The position numbers were made by a program, and so were the translations under genes. The notes below the pieces were generated by a model. It saw only the letters and a list, made by a program, of their open reading frames with translations. It had not been told where the DNA came from and did not search any database. A DNA stretch of 64,000 nt from Schizochytrium sp. TIO01 (lineage: Eukaryota > Protista > Bigyra: Labyrinthulomycetes), in assembly GCA_004764695.1 (NCBI GenBank), contig SMSO01000004.1:1984001-2048000 (forward strand), read 5' to 3'. Below are positions 57,701 through 64,000 of the stretch, one piece after another. Every line of letters starts with the position of its first letter. The first letter of the stretch is position 1.

Positions 57701-60700
57701 AGTTCTACAGGCAGTGGAGTGGCAAGTGCAATCGCAGTGAGCTCTCCTAGAATCGTATGGGAAGGAACTTCCGCCCTTGTTAAACAAGCTATGACACATG
57801 TAAATATTCGATGGGATGCCCTACGGATTGACCTCTGCCATAAAGACCACATTGTTTTCTTCGTTGCTATGGAAAGAGCTTCTGCTTCGCTGAGTCTGCT
57901 TGACCTTGAGCATTTCGAAATTGCGAGCGCTCATGCGCGTATTCAGGGATTTTCATGTAAGCATCCAAATGGCCGTGCTCTGCTTGCACAATGTTCTCTA
58001 GACCTCAAACTAGAACCCAAACATCTATGTGTTGCGTTTGATGACCGACTCTCCTTAGCATGGGTACCACTCGTTATGGCGGATGCATGGGCCACGCTTA
58101 AGTGTCTCGGAGTGTCGGAGGACTTCATTGAAGATGCTATGACATCGACATTGATAAGCCCTAGCAATATCATCTCTCCTCGCAAATCAACCAAAGTTCG
58201 GACGAGAGTTTCCATGGTGCTTCCTTCGGGGTTTGCACTCACGTTGTTTAAACGTTGGGAACCTCTTGCGAAGTTATCTATTGATGCGCTCCATCTCCAT
58301 GCGAAACCTATCGCATGCCACGAAAACTTCTCGGTAGCATGCGAACTAGAAAATTGTACTTTATATAATTTACGTGCAGATCCCAATCTTCTCCGGAATG
58401 TTATCAGCATTGAGACAGTATCTATTACTCATACATCCAGTGCTTTTAGTACTAATTCTCTGCATATCAAGATTGGTTCTTCTCAAGCTACATTTTGGCA
58501 GCCTTTTCTTACCGAATGGATAGACTATGCATCGACGGGTATTGTCGACCTTTTCACCTATTCTGCCTCCGAAGGCGTATTGAGCTCGTCATCTCACCAG
58601 TGGGTCCATACCATTATATCAATTGAGCCGTCAACTTTGAAGGTCCCCTCCGACGCAAAAGGATCGCACTTACTCTCGATATGCCATGAAGGGATTCGAA
58701 TTGAAAACAATCTTGACGAGCAAGCGGGTTGTGATAACTTCACCCTTGAAATCTCAAACGTCCGTCTACAGGGTTCTTCTGGAGCGTGCATATTTGAACA
58801 TAAGCTCGTGGCTGTGACGTTGGAGCGCTCATTAACATCGAGCACATCCATTCTCCATGCTTCATTGAGTAATTTTCACTTCAATATCCTGGAGGATGGT
58901 TTGGTTGATCTCTTGCGTTGTCTCCAGGACAACGTTCTCAATCAAAGATCTGTTTTGAATGCTTTACTGGACGTGCGTACAAATCAGGGTTCTGGAGAAA
59001 ACAATCAAGCAGGTGTTCGATATTGGCGACATTGGATTGAAACGAAATCAAAACCTCAGCGCGCAAATATTAGAATCTCCTCTATCTCTGCGCGTTTATT
59101 AAACAGCGTTGTTCTTTCAATCGACACTTTAAAGGCAAACACTCTAACTCGGTTTGTGCCTGCAGCGCACGGCTTTCTATTTGAAAACGAATACAGCTTG
59201 AAAGGTGTAGAGGTTTCCATTTCCGGGGTCCCTGTGATGCGCTCTATATCTAGAATGGACCTCTATGACCTCATGCATGGGGATATCCCAGAATCAACAA
59301 ACGAGTTTTCACTTCGTTTGAACCATGATCCTACTCACCACACATATGTTGCAAGTCTCGCACTAGACCATTTTGCAATCGTTCTAAGCCCTGATCTTCC
59401 ATGCAAAGCCGAAACTCTTTTCCAACAGCTGCAAGCCTCGACAGGGTCAATTTCAATTCCAAATCTAAACGCGGCAAAAGAAAGCGAAAGCATTCAACCA
59501 CGATTCAGTGACGATGTTGCAATTGACAACGATACCGGTACGGATAGTAAAGTTTCAACTGGTCAAGAAATCCAACTCGAACTTGAGATGAATGGCGCGC
59601 GTTTAGGATTGGTTGACCATTCTGGAAATCGATTTGAACTTCTTTTAAGTGTCATTGGTAATGCAACGACCACCACTGTCACAACAGGCCAGAGTTCGCG
59701 TATTGACAAAGGCACTCTTCACATGGACTTAAGCGCGGCACTTACTGATGGGCAAGAAATCGAGGCAGAAGCTTATAATATTGACTCAAGTTTGCGCGGG
59801 TGTTCTTCTACTACCTCTCACGCTGACCCCATGGCCATGACCATGACTGCTAGTATGATCGATGCAATGAATGACGATGAGCTCAAGCAAGAGGCCTTAG
59901 CATCTCAAAAACAAAAGCAATCAGTACCTCTAGTTCTTCGTCCATGTAGTATTGAACTCTTCTGGGATTTGATTGACAAAGATGGCAATTCAGATATTCT
60001 CACTCAACAGATTCGCCTCGAGCTGACCTCTTCAGTGTCCTTTGAGCTTGCTCCCGGGCAAGCAGTAGCTCTTACAAAACTTGTTTCTGTTGCTAGAGAC
60101 TACCAGAACATCTTTGCCTCAAGAAATGGCTCAGATGTACGTTTTCTCAACAAGACTGGAGATATGGTCTCTATACCCGAGTACCAGGAATTCAGAGTTA
60201 CATTTTCAATGGCACCTCTTGGACTGAAGCTTGGTCCTTGTTCTCCGTCTAGTACAGCAGTTTTAGAGGTGCGCGGATACGCAAAACAGTGTGAAGAGAT
60301 TACGACACTTAAAGTCGCTCTTGGTGATCAACTTGTGAGTGTAAATGGCCAAGATCTTACCAGTGCAAATCATTCTGTCGAGTCAGCGAAACAGACATTG
60401 CGAGATGCAACCTGGCCTTGTGTGATTGTTTTTCGTAGGCCAAATATATTAAAAGCTCAGGTCATAGACCCTTTGCAATTCCGTCCTCTGAGCACAGCTA
60501 TATGGACGTGTCGTAATTGTAAGTCCGCACAGCCGCTGACAAAACGAGATCGCAGAGATGCATTCAATGAAAAATGTATGCGCTGTGGGGCTGTACACAT
60601 TCAACTAAGCACTGAGGATGAGGCTGAGGCAGTAGGAGAAGGTACAATTGTTGAAGATGATGTCTTTGAAAATCAACGATTCTATTTATTAGTTGGTTGG

Positions 60701-63700
60701 TCACCGCAATTATTACCTACAGATCCGTATCCATGGAGCGACTTCTCTGGACTTGAGCCCCGACAGCTCGATGCACATGCATCGCTCCCTGAGAGCCCAG
60801 TCCCTGGTGCAAAATGGTACTGGGTAGATGACTGGACTGTTGACGAATCACGCTCTCGTAGCGGAGGCAGTGGAGGATGGGTCTACTCTCGTGAATTCGG
60901 AAGATTTCGGAAGCTACATCGCTTGCCCAGGGGCACTGCAAAACGAACCGATTGCGTCCGACAACGTCGCTGGGTAAGGCGTCGCATCCTCTCTCGTGAA
61001 TCAATATCTCATCGCACCGGAGCGCCTACCGGAGCCCCTATAAACGTCCGTCGTGACCTTAAGTCTCCAAACGCTGCAAATTTCGATCCACGACCCGGCC
61101 TGTTGACCAAGGGTGTAACATCGTCCGTACGTAGCACCGCAACTACGCAATATTCATTTTTGCTTGATACAAACCAATACGAATTGTCTGTATTACTCGA
61201 AAACGATACTGTTCACGGGCCACTTGTAAGACTTCGTGTAGGAGCATTGCATCAGTTTGTACCTACTTCATGGATTCGTGCACTTGTTTTTGGAACTCAT
61301 GAAGTGCGACATAGTCCTGCTGGCCAAGGTGCCAATAGCTCACTGATAGATAGTACTTCAGTAGAAACGTTGCCCTCTACAGACTTGAATAAGAATTCGC
61401 TAAAATCAACCAATGAAGGCGTCCACGAGTCTAACAAAGATGGAAACAGAACAGAGGTAGGCAAGGATGATGAAGAAGACAATGCAAGTGAAAGGGACTA
61501 TACTGGTAACATCTCTGAAAGTGCCAGTAACCGTCTGCCTGGCGTATCCCAAACTATGCGAAAACTAGTGTCTAAAACAAATCGATTCATGCCCCGCCGT
61601 CTCGCTGGAAATCTTTGTATAACTGCGGAAGCTTTCAATGTCGGTCTTCTTGACTGGGAGCCTATTGTGGAACCCTGGGCATTTGCTTTCGAGGCACAAT
61701 GTGAAACTTCCTGGAGTCTGACCCTCATGGGCCTCTCGCGTTTAAACCTAAATGTTGGATTCTCCATCGCAGATGCCATAGCTCAACTACCAGGCTGGGG
61801 CCCTTTAAGTAATGCGGAGAATTATTTAGCTCGCCCACGTGCACCTTTACTTGCTCTACAAAATAGAAGTGGAGTTCCATTAAGTGCATGCTCTTCAAGT
61901 AACACATCTACAAGCACAGAAGTTGATGTTGAGCCTGGTGAAACCATTGCAGCAATGCAACTTCTTCACAGCAACACAGCGGCATTCGACTTGTGGCATA
62001 ATACTGGACATCAACGGAGCAGCCTAGATGATACGATTTCGCTTCGAATTTTTGGAGGATGGCAAGTTCTAGAAAATATTTCACTCCGGCAGCTCTTGCA
62101 TGAGGGAGAAATCATCTCCCACAAACTGCAACAAGTGCAAGGTCGAGAAACTGGAACAGTGTTGTTGCGCGTGGATGCCGGGCCGCATGGCGAGCGCCTA
62201 ATTCATGTTGAATCAACCATCCAAATTTCCAACGCTTGTGATTTTGCATTATCCATGCGTTTGGAGGATTCCATGGGTCAAGGCGCGTTGATGCTTGATC
62301 CATGTGGAGCATACCTATGCGCAGAACTTCCTCTCGTGAAGAATCTCGAACTGCGCATGCTCCGTCTCGGTGTTATAGGACAGCAGGTTCGTAACGGTTT
62401 TGTAGTGAACCTAGCACAGCTTACAAGTAGTGCGCTACAGACAGCGCGAGCAAATCTTGCCAAAGCAGTGTCAGCACCGGGGATTCTTATGGAGGAGAAT
62501 TTGACAGAGTTGGCACCTGGCAAACATGTTCTCATAGATGTCCATGCTGAAGCAGTGAAAGAATGTAAAACCAGGCCAGGTGCTTTAGCTCGAAGGTACG
62601 CGGCTTGTAAGATTACGATTGGTGCTCGACCGCCACGAACTGTGGGCAATAGGTTAAAATTGAATGTTGAAGTACGTGCAGAGCCAAATGCTACGCATGT
62701 CCAGGCGATTGAACCTGAGGGCACAGTTCCCCTGTATCATTTAGATGAGGTTGCTCTTAGCTTCCGTATTCCATCTGTGTCTGACCAATGGTCTACATGG
62801 GTTAATATGGAGCAACTAGCATTACATGGACATGGCGCGTTCTCACTGACAGATTGTCACGGACGATCTGTGAACGTTCCACTTGGTTTTCATTCCCGGC
62901 AGGTCACTGTCGGGCCTGCGCTTCATATCGAAGACCGCACATGGGGTCTAGGGCTACAAGTTGGGTTTGTTGCTCCCATAGATGGACATCTATGCGCTGC
63001 TCCTGGACAGGCAAGCACGGATTCAATTGCAGTTGCTGAGTATCAACGATGGCTCCCAATGCAAGGCTGGAAGGCGCCAAGTTTGCCCGGAGATCCCAAT
63101 ACATGGTCGTATCATCCAGAGCTACATATCTCGGCCAGTGAGTTGAACAAGGTCCCACTTGAACAAGGCTGGACCTGGGCTGAACCGGAATGGCACTGCG
63201 ACAACCAAAGTCACGATTGGGAGTATGCTACTGACTTCCTTGCAGAACGATGGAGCACCGAGCGCGGTAAACTAGACTGCGTAAGGCGACGAATCTGGCG
63301 CCGATCCTGTGTACGGAATACTCCTCTCGAGCAAGTATTGTTAGGACCTTTATCGCAGAGAAAGAAAAGGCCGTCTCGAGCCCAAGCTGAGATGGAGTCG
63401 GGAAGTGATCAAAGACCTTCCAAGTCTCTAAAAGGTGATCACTCCAACAACAATGTTAGCCCTACTAGCAGTAAATACGCTATACAGCTCATACTTCGCC
63501 TCTCGAATCAATCAACATGGAGCCAGCCAGTTGCTCTCGTGCCCGGAACCTGGACTCCTGTAGATGTTGCTGATGAGCTATCGGGTACTGTTGTTTCGCT
63601 AGTTATCCAAATACCTGTTCTGCTTCATCGTGAAAGCGTAACTATTTGGAATCAGTATGAACTTCGGAATGCACTCATGTCAGATACACTCTACGTCATC

Positions 63701-64000
63701 TCCACACATGACTGTGTACGTTCAGAGGACATTCCAGATGTGTCACGTGCAACAAAAATTCAACCAGGAGAATCTTTGCGGAGATTTCACTGGGACAGTA
63801 TAGAGTCCGGGCGACTGTTGAGAGTTGGGCGCAGTGTTCAGCTTCGAGATGGTACATCACGAGTGTTTTGGAGCGGTCCTGTTGACCCAAATGTTCTGGA
63901 TGACATGGTTCTCATGCTGCGCGAGCCAGGTGGTGTAGGACGTGCACTTGTGTATACTTCTATTCGAGAAAATGCATTTTCCCGCACAGTTTTGATCCAT
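54779..64000 (+). CDS. VPS13: VPS13-family bridge-like lipid transfer protein (3'-partial, at least 3074 codons) with FFAT, PDZ, zinc ribbon and two DysF domains
   Basis: Hand translation from ATG 54779 gives Chorein_N (MLARLVAEAASRYLEDVQHESVRVSFSNG..LGLPFEVRSARFEELRIQIGW..VHVDGLHV), WAARVLTRILDNASVTVTNLRVELID, and the pre-VAB motif AFNVGLLDWEPIVEPW (about 61630-61680). The same frame held at every point checked. The ORF track lists no closed ORF in this frame, consistent with no stop before the window end. Confidence 0.93.
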   Translation, partial: MLARLVAEAASRYLEDVQHESVRVSFSNGVCVVRQGGIRASAWRRLGLPFEVRSARFEELRIQIGWSWRGLETAASVHVDGLHVEATAFENAQDAKLAALAMKRSQADRAEAANAEARAQQAWAARVLTRILDNASVTVTNLRVELIDEIRNPIQGNAAALVLRICKIRLKSSSTPPSLESSKAKSAVGHTDNARKNQDPHQDQDQRHQSMKKDSPKKKKTKGKSRDQDSGAKYTNDSKEEKTSPLAHKIVEVQGLMLGLRQEGEEDECIMKMNEAEAAVHVDATATHPKTGAPSILMTLGCNSGIHAPQLTTEMLEILVRISQRWAAFSAGDYKSAIRQPIGDTTVFGATSHQEFSATQDSEDALKRNLLAQEQNPRARWQGAFGQIRRIMRQHKRWHSEDPKDRIIRDRRVEIYTCALVHGVTQGPWMDLFVLECPSDVLIKAHLNARQRQREERIRQQQKEREEKEKRQLQDTSRADTANSWASWLRSLLPDDSEDTQEADRLNQERSRAQNLYRFWVTFTAVQVRADLVDDYGFPICSLRGSPSMVVREDSEVVRVNAAVEDLRFIVKEQDILHVLHGGSTTKLPGRFSGDEVLQQRFYEATDDSQESRPAMHSERRGNPPNEYEHNENPQDNEQQLSVGNSHHQQEEENFKVESAARRLNSDESEDDDDDLDVDEFHDAASEQDDNEDDEDYSGEDDESRHLYAHETMASNLVNHVRLKEQHISLQRSKSDEILMGHAPLRVMMKRELIATDDAPGHLDSQPTSITVVVEPTEIDWAPKAFQALANFVKSTSHAINVIQDAGAGFLVKSLRNKTQLRVRFGAPRIRFDQDTILSLGALLINTKQMGPPVAEDHTPATDSPAEIGVSLSFEGTKLIRKGRPVIGPINITGNLFIVNKTEHKLDLCISSGETHHDTVPSTLDDSNSRQTQKPSATIDEDLCKFIAARLRDVQDQSLQPLGNTRHLNVGHDSSSTGSGVASAIAVSSPRIVWEGTSALVKQAMTHVNIRWDALRIDLCHKDHIVFFVAMERASASLSLLDLEHFEIASAHARIQGFSCKHPNGRALLAQCSLDLKLEPKHLCVAFDDRLSLAWVPLVMADAWATLKCLGVSEDFIEDAMTSTLISPSNIISPRKSTKVRTRVSMVLPSGFALTLFKRWEPLAKLSIDALHLHAKPIACHENFSVACELENCTLYNLRADPNLLRNVISIETVSITHTSSAFSTNSLHIKIGSSQATFWQPFLTEWIDYASTGIVDLFTYSASEGVLSSSSHQWVHTIISIEPSTLKVPSDAKGSHLLSICHEGIRIENNLDEQAGCDNFTLEISNVRLQGSSGACIFEHKLVAVTLERSLTSSTSILHASLSNFHFNILEDGLVDLLRCLQDNVLNQRSVLNALLDVRTNQGSGENNQAGVRYWRHWIETKSKPQRANIRISSISARLLNSVVLSIDTLKANTLTRFVPAAHGFLFENEYSLKGVEVSISGVPVMRSISRMDLYDLMHGDIPESTNEFSLRLNHDPTHHTYVASLALDHFAIVLSPDLPCKAETLFQQLQASTGSISIPNLNAAKESESIQPRFSDDVAIDNDTGTDSKVSTGQEIQLELEMNGARLGLVDHSGNRFELLLSVIGNATTTTVTTGQSSRIDKGTLHMDLSAALTDGQEIEAEAYNIDSSLRGCSSTTSHADPMAMTMTASMIDAMNDDELKQEALASQKQKQSVPLVLRPCSIELFWDLIDKDGNSDILTQQIRLELTSSVSFELAPGQAVALTKLVSVARDYQNIFASRNGSDVRFLNKTGDMVSIPEYQEFRVTFSMAPLGLKLGPCSPSSTAVLEVRGYAKQCEEITTLKVALGDQLVSVNGQDLTSANHSVESAKQTLRDATWPCVIVFRRPNILKAQVIDPLQFRPLSTAIWTCRNCKSAQPLTKRDRRDAFNEKCMRCGAVHIQLSTEDEAEAVGEGTIVEDDVFENQRFYLLVGWSPQLLPTDPYPWSDFSGLEPRQLDAHASLPESPVPGAKWYWVDDWTVDESRSRSGGSGGWVYSREFGRFRKLHRLPRGTAKRTDCVRQRRWVRRRILSRESISHRTGAPTGAPINVRRDLKSPNAANFDPRPGLLTKGVTSSVRSTATTQYSFLLDTNQYELSVLLENDTVHGPLVRLRVGALHQFVPTSWIRALVFGTHEVRHSPAGQGANSSLIDSTSVETLPSTDLNKNSLKSTNEGVHESNKDGNRTEVGKDDEEDNASERDYTGNISESASNRLPGVSQTMRKLVSKTNRFMPRRLAGNLCITAEAFNVGLLDWEPIVEPWAFAFEAQCETSWSLTLMGLSRLNLNVGFSIADAIAQLPGWGPLSNAENYLARPRAPLLALQNRSGVPLSACSSSNTSTSTEVDVEPGETIAAMQLLHSNTAAFDLWHNTGHQRSSLDDTISLRIFGGWQVLENISLRQLLHEGEIISHKLQQVQGRETGTVLLRVDAGPHGERLIHVESTIQISNACDFALSMRLEDSMGQGALMLDPCGAYLCAELPLVKNLELRMLRLGVIGQQVRNGFVVNLAQLTSSALQTARANLAKAVSAPGILMEENLTELAPGKHVLIDVHAEAVKECKTRPGALARRYAACKITIGARPPRTVGNRLKLNVEVRAEPNATHVQAIEPEGTVPLYHLDEVALSFRIPSVSDQWSTWVNMEQLALHGHGAFSLTDCHGRSVNVPLGFHSRQVTVGPALHIEDRTWGLGLQVGFVAPIDGHLCAAPGQASTDSIAVAEYQRWLPMQGWKAPSLPGDPNTWSYHPELHISASELNKVPLEQGWTWAEPEWHCDNQSHDWEYATDFLAERWSTERGKLDCVRRRIWRRSCVRNTPLEQVLLGPLSQRKKRPSRAQAEMESGSDQRPSKSLKGDHSNNNVSPTSSKYAIQLILRLSNQSTWSQPVALVPGTWTPVDVADELSGTVVSLVIQIPVLLHRESVTIWNQYELRNALMSDTLYVISTHDCVRSEDIPDVSRATKIQPGESLRRFHWDSIESGRLLRVGRSVQLRDGTSRVFWSGPVDPNVLDDMVLMLREPGGVGRALVYTSIRENAFSRTVLIH

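Overview
This is eukaryotic, intron-poor, microsatellite-rich DNA. Its style fits a labyrinthulomycete or thraustochytrid protist such as Aurantiochytrium, but that assignment is an inference from composition only. Seven protein genes are supportable: (1) a type-I membrane adhesin (signal peptide, PAN/apple, vWA, Pro/Thr stalk, L-type lectin, filamin/Ig-like, TM); (2) a 265-aa hypothetical protein; (3) a C-terminally anchored SDR oxidoreductase; (4) a PX-BAR-SH3 sorting nexin ending in a WH2 motif and a WASH-like C helix; (5) a short WASH-complex subunit CCDC53/WASHC3 directly downstream of gene 4; (6) an AGC-family Ser/Thr kinase; (7) a giant VPS13-family gene of more than 9.2 kb, absent from the ORF track because it runs off the window end, carrying an FFAT motif, a PDZ domain, a zinc ribbon and two DysF domains. 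About 24 kb between the kinase and VPS13 has no recognisable gene, only GC-rich islands and SSRs. The best candidate for a new system is the sorting nexin with its own actin-binding module next to a truncated WASH subunit, followed by the unusual VPS13 and the adhesin. A local RIP-like TpA excess is also visible in non-coding DNA. I found no tRNA, rRNA, CRISPR array or intact transposon. All domain calls come from motif recognition by eye, not from database searches.
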